Source: Chiloscyllium plagiosum
Taxonomy: Eukaryota
Direction of reading: 5' to 3'
Assembly (NCBI RefSeq): GCF_004010195.1
Contig: NC_057720.1
Location: 24,858,500 to 24,922,499, forward strand
Length of the DNA stretch: 64,000 bases
Every line of letters starts with the position of its first letter. Position 1 is the first letter of the stretch. The notes under the pieces are model-generated. The model was not told the DNA's origin, made no database searches, and saw only the letters and a program-made list of their open reading frames with translations. A program made the position numbers and the translations under genes. Positions 12,398 through 25,300 of this stretch are shown piece after piece.

Positions 12398-12570
12398 AAA
12401 TTTACACAAAATCAGGTTATAGTCCCAACAAGTTTATTTAGAAGTACAAGCTTTTGGAACACAGCTACCTGATGAAGGAGCTTTTACTTCCAAATAAACC
12501 TATTAGACTAAACCTGGTGGAGTGCTATTTAATTTTGTCCACCTCAGTCCAATGCTGGCACCTCCACAAC
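12398..12570. mobile_element. Degenerate palindromic Penelope-derived mini-element (family C) in CDC20 intron 1
   Basis: Inverted arms matching 41718-41932; cctgatgaaggag at 12468-12480. Confidence 0.7.
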
Positions 12571-13138
12571 TTGGTATATTGTGGAGTGCTTAGAATTGAT
12601 TAAACACTATCTGTACTGTAGAGCCTTGGAGACCTTGCTGAAGATGGTTGGCAATTCAGCATCCTCATCATTGGGATAAATGTGCTGTGCTTCCTTCCCT
12701 TTGAAGATGAAGATATTTGTGGAACCTTCCTGTTGGTAGTTGCATTCTCCATCCTGGTTTTGTCACTATCTTTTGAGGGTTGTTAAATCACTAAAGGGTA
12801 TGAGGTGAGGGGGAAATGATTTAGAGGAGACCTGAATTTCTTTCACCTATGCTGGTGGAAATGTGACATGCTGTCTGTGAGGGTGGTGGAGGCAATTAAC
12901 CTTAAAGCATTTAGAAGCATTGGGTAATACTTAAAATGCCAGCAAGTGTAGGTAATTTGGGTTAGTGTAGTGTCTGTTGGTGCAATAGATATGACCAGTG
13001 TCTGTTTCTATGCTATATGACTATGACCAAGTGTATTAACTTGGGATTCCTGTTTCACTGCAAAATAATTTGAGGTTAGGTTAAATTATGGTGGTTTTCC
13101 TTCTGACCTTTTTTTGTCTCCTCACTACAGGTGTGAAT

Positions 13139-13358
13139 ATGTCTCAATTTGTTTTTGAGAGTGACATCAACAACCTTCTGAAGTTGGATGCTCCCATAAC
13201 AAATGGTCCGTTAGCTAGGTGGCAGCGGAAAGCAAAGGAAAACAATAGTGTATCTGGGTCAATGTCAACTTCAGCTAATACCAGTGGTCTATCACCAATG
13301 AAAACTACAAATCGATCACTTAATGCATCAAAGGTAGTGACACCCTGCAAAACGCCAG
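13139..13358 (+). CDS. CDC20: CDC20 coding exon 1 ([31 protein letters not shown]...KTP)
   Basis: Acceptor ctcactacag ends at 13130, ATG at 13139, donor G|gtaatg at 13359; phase 1. Confidence 0.95.
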
Positions 13359-16300
13359 GTAATGTTTTAAGACTTTCTATTGGCTACATCAGTATTGCTG
13401 TTTCTACTGTTCATCTCAATCATCTTTGTTGATTTGATTTCGGACTGCTTTTCACTTTCATATTTCACACCAAATTCAGGGTATACAGAGTAGAGAAATT
13501 GGCCAACAGGTCCTCCATAGCATGGACTTCTGGAACTTGGCCCACTCCTGCAGTTGGTAATGCTTGTTAATCTTTGACTTCAGCCAATTTAAGCTAATGT
13601 CATGTTTTTCTGTGCGCAGTCTGTCACTTGTGCAGTATTCTGAAGTGCAGCAGATGCTCATATTTATACAGAACTTTGTTTTATTCCATTCTTGACCCAT
13701 TAGAGTGAAATCTGAAACATAAAGTAAACTCAAGAACAACTTTTTAGGAAAACTGTGATATCGTCTATGATGTGTAACATCAAGCTAAATCAAAGACTAG
13801 CAGGATAGGAATTGCCCTCTGCAGATGTTGATTGAATACTTCTGCCCTGCTTCCTATGCTGGCTTGTTAATCATCTTTTCAACCCAATGTTATAGGTAAT
13901 GGTTAGTTAAATTCCCATTCTTGTCTTACTAAGTTTTAGCATCTAGTCTAGTTCACCCATTTTCTTTATGGGAAAGAAATTTCCATATTTGCTTGTTGAT
14001 GTATATTGTTCCACAAATCCAGATGACCAGTTTCTCTAAATGGTAGATGCAAGATTCTAAAATATCCCCAAAGTAGCAGTGACTACTTGTGGTGACATTT
14101 CTCCATGAATCTCTCCTACACACAGTATATTTTATGGGAATTAAACAAAAGGTTTGTCAGTCACATGGGCAATTGTCATCACATAGTTTAAAGTAGGTAA
14201 TTATGAATTTACAAAGCCTGACGTATGTTCTGTAACAGCATGTGAATGGATTACAGAAACTCATTATTGTATTCCTTATCAATCTCTTGAAGGGAAGAGA
14301 TTTAGGTGGAAGGGTTTTGCGTGCTGTAAATAGGGATTCATATACCTATCTTAAAATGGAGGGGAAGTAAGACAATGGGAGTGGGAGGTGGTTTGAGCTG
14401 TGGCCACAGCTCAGTCTTGTCTGGGACCACCGGGTGAATCCACATGTGGCTCCATTAGGCTCCACAAGGCCATGGAAAACCTTGTCGAACGCCTTACTGA
14501 AGTCCATATAGATCACATCTACTGCTTTGCCCTCATTACTGTTACTGACAGTCAGAAGCAGTGAACATTAATCTTCACTAATCTTTTTTCCCTCTGGACA
14601 AATAGTTTGTCTCCTGCAAACCTACTGTCAGTACTCAATGTTGCCTATTTTAATCATCTTTGTCCTCTGCTGAAATCAAAATCACTTCCAGTCCTTTGGT
14701 CTTCTCTTTTGTCCAATTTGTGTCCCTTCCTTCGATCTTTACCACCTCTAATTTCCTTTGTTAGCCACTGTTGGGCCACTGTTCATATTTTTTGTGCCAG
14801 ACAAGAATTAACGATTGGCGAAAGTGAGGACTGCAGATGCTGAATCAGACAAGATTAGAGTGCTGCAGGTCAGGCAGCATCAGAGGAGCAGGAAAATTGG
14901 CGTTTTGGGGAAAAGGCCTTCATATTCAATGAATTAGAGCCTCCAGAATGGAGAGAAATGGATGGATGGTGGGGCTGGGGAGAAGTTGCTGAGTATAATA
15001 GGTGGATGGAGGTGGGGATGAAGTTGATAGGTCGGAGAGGAGGATGGAGTGGTTGGTGGAAGGAACATTGGCAGGTAGGACATGTCATGTGGATGGCACG
15101 TTGGAACTGGGGTAAGGTGGGTGGAGGGGAAATGAGGAAACTGGTGAAGTCCAGTTGATGTCCTGTGGTTCAAGTGTTCTGGTGGAAGATGAGGTGTTCT
15201 TCCTCCAGGTGGTGAGGAAATGGTGGTGGAGGAGACTGCCAAGGACTGCATGACCTTGGCAGAGTGGGAGGGGAGTTGAAATGTTTGGCCAAGGGGCGGT
15301 GGGGTTGATTGGTGCGGGTGTCCCAGAGATGTTCTCTGAAGTGCTCTGGTAAAGGCATCCAGTCTTCCCAATATAAATGAGGCTGCATTGGGAGCAACTG
15401 ATACAAAAGTGACATTGGTGAATGTGCAGCTGAAACTTTGATGGAAGGCTCCTTTGGGGCCTTGGATGGTGGTGAGTGTGGTTTTGTAGTTCCAGTGGCA
15501 GGGGAAGGTGCCAGGAAGGGAGGGTAGGTTGTTGACGTGACGTGACCTGACCAGGTAGTCATGGAGAGAACGGTCTCTGCAGAAAGCAGATAGAGGTGGG
15601 GAGGGAAATATATCCCTAGTGCTGGGGTCTGTTTGTAGGTGGCGGACATGTCAGTGGATGATACGGTTTATGCGGAGGTTGGTAGGGTAGACAGTGAGGA
15701 GCAGGGGTTCTGTCCTTGTTGTGGTTGGAGGGGTGGGGTTTGAGGGCAGAGGTACATGATGTGGATAAGATGTGTTGGAGGACATCTTCAACCATGTGGG
15801 AAGGGAAATTAGTCTTTAAAGGAGGCCATCTGGAGTGTCCTGTGGTGGAACTGGTGCTCCCAGGAGCACATACAGCTGAGGTGGCGGAATTGGGAATATG
15901 GGATAACATTTTCTTGCATGAGGTAGGTTGGGCAGAAGTGTAATTCAGGTAGCTGTGGGAGTCAGTGGGTTTGGAAAGAGGAAAAAGTCTGTTAATTGGT
16001 TGTTATTGGAGATGGTGAGGTCCAGGAAGGGGAGGGAGGTGTCAGAGATGGTCCAGGTGAACTTAAGGTTGGGGTGGAATGTGAAGTTGAACTGCTCAAC
16101 CCCCTTGTGGGAGCACAAGGTGGTGCTGATGCAGTCATCAATGTAGCAAAGGAAGAGATGTGGAATGGTGCTGGTGTAACTATGGAAGATGGACTGTTCT
16201 ACACAGCCAACAAAGAGATAGGCATAGCTGGGACCCACACGGGTGCCCATGGCTACCCTTTCTGGGAGGATTTGAAGGAGAAATTAAGGGTGAGGACTCA

Positions 16301-19300
16301 TTCAGCCAAATGAATGTCAATGGAAGGGTACTGGTGGGGACGTCAGGAGAGGAAACTGATTTAGAAGCCCTGGTCATGGTGGATGGAGGTGTAGAGGCAT
16401 TGGATGTCCATGGTGAAGTTGAGGCACTGGTGGTTGGGAAAACTGGAGTCTTGGAGGAGGTGGAGAGTGTGGGAGGTGAGTTGAATGTTTGTGGGCTATC
16501 CCTCCTAGTCCAGGGACTCGACAATAACCGGGTAGGTGGAGATGAGTTCAGTGGGGCTAAGGCAAGCTGAGACAATGGGTCTGCTGGGGTGGTAAGGCTT
16601 GTGGAGAAGGAGGTAGAATCGGGTGGTGTGGGGTTCCTGAACTGAGGTTTGAAGCTGTGGTTGGGAGATCCCCTGAGGTAATGAGGTTGTGTATGGTCTG
16701 GGAGATGATGGTTTGGTGGTCTGGGAGATGATGGTGGGGTGGTAGGAGGGGGTGTATTAGAGTTGGTGTCTGACTTCAGTGGTGTACAGGTCAGTGTGCC
16801 AAACTACCACTGCACCCTTTATCTGCTGGTTTGATGGTGAGGTTGGGATTGGAGCAGAGGGAGTGGAGGGCTGCATGTTTTTGATTGAGGTTGGAGTGGG
16901 GGAGGGGGTTATATAGGTTGAGGCAGTTAATGTCTTGGCAGCAGTTGAAGTGAAGAAATTGAGGGTGAGGAAAAGGCCAGCTTGGGGTGTCCAAGTGGAT
17001 GGAGTGTTGGAGGTAGGTGAAGGGTCCTCAGTAGGTGGATGGGAGACCTGATTGGAAAAAGTAAGCTGAGGTGGAGGCGGCAGAAGTGTTCAAAGTCCCA
17101 ATGTGTATTGAATTCATTGATGCGTGGATAGAGGGATAAAGGTATGGCCTTTGCTGAGGATGGATTGTTTGTCCTCAGTGAGGGGGGGATGGTGAAAACT
17201 TGGCAGGGCTGGGAGCTAGGACCTCGGACCTTGTGTAGCTGGTAGGGGGCGGAGCCTGTAACTGGAGTGGAAATGGTGGTAGTTTCTCTATTTTTAAATG
17301 TTTGCTATTGCCAATCCACCTTCATCACAAAGTATAATTCTATGATGTACCGTGGCCACATGATACCTCACTGTAGTAGCCTTCAGAATCCTGGTCTTGC
17401 AATCAACTCTTGTCGTTCTACATCTTCACAAATTCCATCTCTTTGGTCACTTTCCTGAGGGGATTTGCACAGCTACATTGCGCAATGTCTAGATTAGATT
17501 TTTTTAGATTACATTACAGTGTGGAGACAGGCCCTTCGGCCCAACAAGTCCACACTGACCTGCCGAAGCGTAACCCACCCATACCCCTACATTTACCCCT
17601 TACCTAACACTACGGGCAGTTTAACATAGCCAATTCACCTGACCTGCAATTCTTTGGACTGTGGGAGGAAACCGGAGCATCCGGAGGAAACCCACGCAGA
17701 CACGGAGTCTAGAATGGCCTGTTGTCTAGCTGGCTCCTTGACTTATTAGTCCAGAGGCCATTCTGCACAGTCTTTTTAACAGACATATCGGGAATACGGA
17801 TATAACGTTAAAAATACCACTCTGGAATTCTGTCCAGGAGTTCATTCTGTACAGCTTTGTTAGATTTGATTTTTCTAGTCTGTTCAAATTAAAGTTGCCT
17901 GTATTGATAGTTGTACTTTAATGCTTGTCTCTAGTTTTGTTTAATGTCTTCCCTAACATTACCACCACAGTTTCAGGGTCAATTTACAATCCTACTATTT
18001 TTCAGTCCCTTGATGTATCTCAACTCTACCTATACAGATTCCATTTTACTTGAGCTAACATCCTTCACTGTTACTGCCCTGAAGCAGCAATGTCACCTCA
18101 CCTTTTTCTCTTTTCTGCCTGCCCTTTCTTAAATAGGCCATGATATTCACTTTCTATCCCTAATCATCCTGCATTCACATCTGGAATTCCAACTGTCATT
18201 CCTGTTTGTCTATTTCTGTTAAAGTTCACTTAAAATTCTCTATATATTGACAGTCTTCTGGTTCTTTAACGTCTGGTCCTGTTTGTTGTTTTGCACTGTG
18301 GCCCTGCTTAGTTCTTACCCATATCCTCTGCCTATCGCTTTCTCATTTCTGCTTTACCCTTGTTTCCCTATTTTGTCTGCCTGTATAGGTTCTCAGCTGA
18401 GCTCCAGCCCTGCCATTTTAGTTTTAATATCTCTTCACCTACTGCAGCAAATACTGTGTAGGATATTTCTAGTCCTGCCAAATGCAACCTGTCCAGCTTG
18501 TACTGATGTCACCTCTGCAGAACTGGTGCCAAGTCCCTTGGAGTGTTCTAGCCACAATCATCTAAAACATCCTCCTCCTCCTCTACTTTGAGGACAAGAT
18601 ATCTATTAACAATTCTGATATGTACCTTTTGAAAGCCTACCACTTAAGCTTACTTCCCAGTTTCTTATACTCTAATTTTGCGACATAATCTCCCCCAGTC
18701 ATTGCTGCCCATGCTCTCCAGCTGTTCACCTTCCTACTCAATGTCCTTTGCTGCTCCAAAGCATGTTTGACCCTGACTTTAGCAACTGGGGGACTGTACC
18801 AACCTGGAGTTTGTGGTCACAAATGTCTACCTATTCTCCTTCTGATTGAATCTCCTATTGCTATGGTCTTCTTAGACTTATTTCTTCCCTGTACAGTAAA
18901 ACCAATACAACAACTGTATTTTCCTCAATTTCATAGGTGGTATATCCATTGCAGGGGATACCCACCATTGATACTCTATTGCTTGTCCAATTGTCTCTTG
19001 GCTGGTGGTGATCCACTTCCTGTCTGACACCTTAGTTTGTGAAGTGGCCATTTGTGCTATTCATGATACTGACTCTTGAAACTCTATCGGAGCAGTGGTA
19101 TGTAGAACAGAAGCACAATGGTCTGAACACTCCTTCCATAACTACCTCCTTTAAAACCTTATTACCCTAAAATCAAATTAATTGCTACAGGGCCCTTCCC
19201 TGGACCATTGCACTATTGCCCTTGTATACGAAACCCAACATAAAGACGAACTGTGCAATTAAAGATGAGGTAAATACCACGCTCAATCAGCTGTTTATCT

Positions 19301-22300
19301 TGGCCAGCTTCAATTTTTGGCACTCCTCCCAGACTGTTGCAATCTGTTATCTGATTGATGAGTGGCACTATTTTGTTTGGATGTTTGATTATTTGGTTAA
19401 TTGATTCAATGCCACTACTCTAGTGGTCAGGGTCTTCTGAAGTTTCCTTTTTTCTCACTGTCTGCCTTTTTCCCTCTGACTTGGGGTTTGTTTCTGAACA
19501 AACTCTCACTTGTCAGGGACATGCAGCAAAACCACTCCCCACCCCAATCATCAGTTCAATGGGATTGACAGTGAGTACTTGTTAAGTACACACCTGTTCA
19601 GGAGACAAGGCAGCAGCACACTGCATGAGCCCTCAAAGTCATCCAACCCCACCCCCTGTCTGCACTCAAACCCCCCCCGCCCCAACCTACACCCTCACGC
19701 CTGGATAGCCAGACTGGGCGCCAACAGCACACTGCTGCCTTTGGGATATGTCTCAAATTAGCGCACACAAATAACTTTCTTCTGCAACTTTTTGACAAGT
19801 TCAATCTTTGCCCTCTACAGGACAATTTGAGAGATTCTGGGGAAACTCAGTTTAGGGTGCACCTGTGTAAAACCCTGGAGAGGGTGGGCAGTCAGTCATT
19901 TGGAGGTAATGATTGGGCTCCCATTGATGTTCAGAACTGTTCTCAGCAGGATTTCATTTAGCAGAGTTAATTTTTAATTATTGTCAACAAAAGACTGGAT
20001 CTGTGTTGAAACACCTTTTGATGTAATGTTTCTATTTGACCTTGAGATCTTCGGATAATCTGAAATTCGGAGAATTGATATTCAGGTAATCGAGGTTCCT
20101 CTGTAATCTTTCTATGCTAATGCCTTCAGCCATTCAATGTTTGTAAGGATTTGTAGCTCAGTGCTGGTTGCAGTTGTGGATATGTTTGCTGAGTTGGGAA
20201 ATTGTTTTGCAGATGTTTCATTCCCTTTCTAACTGACATCCTTAGTGCAGTGGAGCCTCCCACGAAGTACTGCAAACCAACTTCCCACTTTGGCAAACAT
20301 ACCCACAACTGCCTGGATCCATGTTGGTGATTATATATAGTACTGAATAGCACCAAAAGCTTTAACAATGGTCACTTATATCACACTTTACTGCTTTACA
20401 GGAAAAACGAAAACTCCCAAATCTTCAAAAAGTTCCCGAGTTCAAGGGACGCCATCAAAAGCGGGTGGTGATCGTTATATTCCAGTCCGTAATGCAGCAC
20501 AAATGGAGGTGGCACATTTCTTAATCTCTAAAGAAAATGAGCAAGAAAATGAATCTCCAACCAAGAAAGTGAGTACTGAAGATAAATTTAAGTTAATTTG
20601 ATTCAAAGGTTAATTCAAAACAAATTGTTTCATCTATGCTTGAATGAAAACAAAACTGATGAATGCTCATTGTAATTGTATCCTGTTATTCTGTGCTTTG
20701 TTGCTAAGTGAAGGCAGATTGGATGCAGGCATTTTTTGCTAGGCCTCTCTCGTATGAAGAATAGCAGCAGACTGTATAGAGCAATGTAATAATCTTCAAC
20801 TAAATTTCATCCAACTTAGTCATGGACCCTGTTTACATCCTGCAAAACCTTTGGCTCATTGTGACCATACTGGCCATAAAATATCTTTTCTCTTCTATTC
20901 CCACATTTTAACACTTGTCCTGTAGCCCCTTGCTATGGCGTTTACTACTTGTCTTGAGGGTTACTTGGGCAGTGAGTTCCAGATATCTATTGGCATCTGA
21001 AATTTTTCCTCAAATCCTGTCAAAACCACTTGTTGTTTACCCCAAAACTTATTCTCTACTAAGGAGAAGAGGTTCACTCTATCTTCTCTATGGCCCCTAG
21101 AACTTCACACATTTTAGATTCTTCCTCCTCTTCTTCAGTCCCCCTTTCCCAATCCACCAGCTTTCTCTGCTCTAAAAATCCCTTCCCGCATATTGTCTGC
21201 CTGGGCTTGAGCAATTCAACTAGCAACAATCTCCTAGTCGATCTCTTCTGCAGTTCAGTACAGTCACTGTTTCCTGCATTATGGTGACCAGAACTTCATA
21301 TAGTACTCTAGGTATACTAAGTCCAATACAGCCCCATATCTTGCTCTTGCATTGAACTCATTGACTAAAGGCAAATATCTACATACTGCCTTAACCATGG
21401 TCTATGTATCGGTTGCCTTCAAGAATCAATGGTCCCTCTGATCCTCTATTTCCTAGGGTCCTACTAGTTGATGGGTAATCCCTTTGATCATCCCAAAGTG
21501 CATTCCCCCCTCCTTTCAATGTTGCATTTCATTTAACAATTCCCCAGCCCATCAATTGTCCTGTAGCCTTGGAGTTTCCTTGCGCACCACTGTCTGCAGT
21601 CCTACTGATTTGTAACTGACATTCATATAGATTAAGTTGTACCACAAATGTTACCAGCACCAAACCTGAACACTCACTTTTTGAACAATCTTCAAACTTC
21701 ATCCTCTGCTTCCTGACACTCAGCCAATTTTGGATCTGTTTGTTCCCACTTTGGTTCTTTAAATATTAAGTATCTCTTCTTCAGGAACAGCAGAAGACCT
21801 GGTCCTTGAACTTGAATGGTTATGATGTTCAGCAGGCAAAAGTTCTACGTATGAGTGGAAAACCTCTTGCTGCACCAGAAGGTATTTTAGTTTTGTTTTT
21901 ACTTTGGAATATTTAGGATTATTGCTTTAGATCAGAAATTGATAAGCAAATCAATCTAGCAAGATGTGAAAATGAGCTATGTCTGAGGATTGAAATTGGC
22001 ATTTCAGATGAGTACATAATTTGAATTTGGATTGTGAAGTATAATCATTAGGTTGCCACAGGTTGAGAGTTCATATACAAGCCAGTGAGTAACTTCTGAC
22101 TACTTCTCTAAACAGAAGTTCTCCAGTCCATCTTTATCAAATCCTTTGCCCCTTCAGAACCGTCATCTCTTAGCATTTCAGGGATCTGGCTCCTCCAGAG
22201 AATTAAGGTCTAGCCTTATCAGAACTGGAAGTTATCTAGTAATGGATTTAATGATTAAGTAGCAAAGTTCTATCATATAAACTGACAGGGCTCTACAAAA

Positions 22301-25300
22301 GTTGTACAATCTCCAAGAATACAGGTTGCTGAGTTATGTAAGTATTGCGATTTCATCTGAGATTTAAAGCTTTTGAGGAAGGAGAATGAAGTAAGAGTTC
22401 TGTACTTGTGTGGAATATTGGCATGATAGGGGACTGGTGGTGGGTGATAGTATACCACTGCTGAAGGTGCAGCCCTGAGAAGGGAAAAATGTTGAGTGCT
22501 ATCTCCAGAGGTTAACGAGCAAAAGATGGATTAAATTTTGAATGGAGCTTGTGGTACAGAAGGACAAGAAAAGTGAAACATTAGTGATTCTGGTTGTGCA
22601 GAGAATCTATGGGAATAGAAATGCATGATAGTGGGCACAATTGAATTCTTAGAAACATGTTGAGAATGAGGATTCTTCAGTTGAGAATAACAAACAGAAG
22701 TGCCAGTATAGTGCCCAAGTATATATCAGACATTCTTCCTAATAGACTACAATAGTAATAACCCTTTAGACAACTTTAAAATCTTGTAAGAAGGTATTGG
22801 AATGGTATGTTCATGTGGTTGAAGAAAATTACACTGCTAGAAGATTCAAAGTTTTGCAATTGTAGAATGTTTCCTTTTGTTGCTAAACTAGTCACTCTGG
22901 TCGGTGTTCAATTATCAATTGTTTTCACAATGCAACTTTAGTGCTGAACTTTAATAGCTTACAATTTTATGGCTCCTCTAATGCAAAATAAATCTGAATT
23001 TCACAAAGCACTAAAACAAAGTTTTTAAGCTTTAAGAATTGTTAAAGGAGGAAAGATGCAAAGAGGGGCTTGAGATTTCTAGAGCTTGGACATGGAAGGT
23101 CTCAGCATTTTCTGGCTTCAGGTACCTGTTGCTATGGAGTTGCAAATGGAATTCTTGCTGGTGACATGTGGAACTTCTGAGCAGTGTGGGTGAGGATTAT
23201 CTAGTTGCCACAATAGTTTGGGATTGAAATTGAAGCTCCTAGCTCTGGTCATAATATCTGCTCATCCAGTGGTGAATGTCAGCCGAACAATTCCAAGATG
23301 TAAAACTGGATTGGGTGTCATTATGAGCAAAGCCGTTCTTAATGATGTGGCCCTGGAGTCAGTCTGGGAAGGATGCAGTAGATAAAAACTGAAATTCATG
23401 TGAAGAATCTGGCAAGTGCAGTTCATCCCCAGCTGAACAGAGCATTGTAAAAGCAAATGTTGTCAGGTGACAAAGACTGCAAATAAGTTGGTGTGGTGAG
23501 TGACCTTTTGTCATGATTCCATTTGCAATTAAATGTCGTGGAGTAGAAATTGGATTGAGGGAGGTTTGAGCTTAGCATATCAGGAAATGAGGGGCAACAT
23601 GTTTAAGCAGATTTGATGTGGGGTAGTGGTGTACATGGGTTAAGGTGTCATAAAGGCCTCAATCTTGAAAATTCCAGCCGTGAAATGTAGACATTACAAG
23701 GTGACAATTACCCGGATACAAGACATAATATTTGGTCTTAGTATTTGAAGTGTGTGCTGTTAGTCAATTAAGAGCAAGGATTTTAAATCTCAATGAAATT
23801 GAACCAATATCAATCTTTCCAAATGCCAGATTGCTGTGACTTAAAATACTGGCTGCATGCATTCCATGTCCATAGCTGGCTACACTTTCCAAGCTTCCAA
23901 TTTGCAAATCATTGGCCTTGTCAGGTATCAGGCTACCTTTGTATTTCAGTGGTAAGACTGGAGTGAAACACAACTTTAAAAACTAGCTGGGCACTATGAA
24001 TGCGTGCAATTGGCCAAATGAAGTATTTGTGTAGAATTGACATTGTCATATACTGGAATTGGAAATGACTTGAGCCTGAAACATTTCTAATTGGGGAAAG
24101 GATGAGGGAAGAGCAGGGCTTAGTCCATAATTGGGACTTTTGGAGTGGGATGATGAATAGTGTCTTGAACCAGAGTGTTTTTCCTAGAACACTGGTTTAA
24201 AGTAGATGTCAGTCTGAGTGCCTATTGTTCTGGATACTTTAAATCCATTCTTGTCCTGAGGGCTATGTAACACAAATGGCTGATACTGTTTTGTCGTCAT
24301 AAACCATTTCTCTCATCAAACACTTGCTTGTTTTGGGTATTCCTCCAGATCCAAGTCTATAATGTTTCTTTCTCTATGCCAAAAAATTGTTATTAATAAC
24401 TTTGGTAGTTCTAGCATTTTAACCTTTGTATCAAGTTTCTGATGGGACATTTGTGGAACTGTTTAAAATAGACTATATAAATACTGAGTAATTGGTATTT
24501 TGATAATGAAGCTAGAATGCTGCAGGTCATAAACATAACAAATTTTGAATTGAATTAGTTCAAGGTTAAATATACTGGAAGCTGTTCTTGTAAGGATCTT
24601 CCCAACTAGTCTTCAGTGTTAACTGCAGAATTTCTCAATGCTCTTTCTGATTTACCCAAAATAATTGCATTTAATTATGGTGTACTCTGGGTCACGCTTA
24701 ATTTGGTGGGGAGATGAATTCATCTCTGGTTGTGCTCAATGTCCTTGAGTAATTTCAACATAGTTAGGAGTTTATTTGCAGTGTTTTGCATATGTAGATA
24801 ATGTAAAATGGGGTGGGTGGGTAAGGGTACATGTTAGGGCTGAACTTGCCCAATACTGCAAAATAACAGTGCAGAGGATTAAATGGTTCTGTTTTGTAAT
24901 TGGATGTTTTTAAAGTACTGCTGATTAGCTATTCCTAGAATCCTTCTGTTCTGTGGTTTTTCAGCTGGAGTCCCATCCACTGGGTAGGGAGGCCCTCCAC
25001 TCATGTCCTGTGGTTTTAGTCTCTCCTTGTTTTCTAGGTTACCAGAATAATCTGAAAGTTCTGTACAGTCAGTCAATGACACCAAGTTCCACCAAGAAGA
25101 CCACTCGGTACATTCCCTCCATGCCAGAGAGAATCTTGGATGCTCCAGAGATCCGAAATGATTACTGTAAGTTGTGAAGTATAAAATTTATTTTGGCAGA
25201 GGTGACGATTCCTGGTTTCAATAATGCTTAATTTCTTTTTGTAATTGATATGATAGAATTGCAATTCTTTGCAGGTTTTTTCCTGCATTAGGTTGGCTTT

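Noticed and set aside
13088..13138. Upstream ATG extending the CDC20 N-terminus (MVVFLLTFF...)
   Set aside because: This is the polypyrimidine tract and acceptor of the intron; homology starts at ATG 13139.
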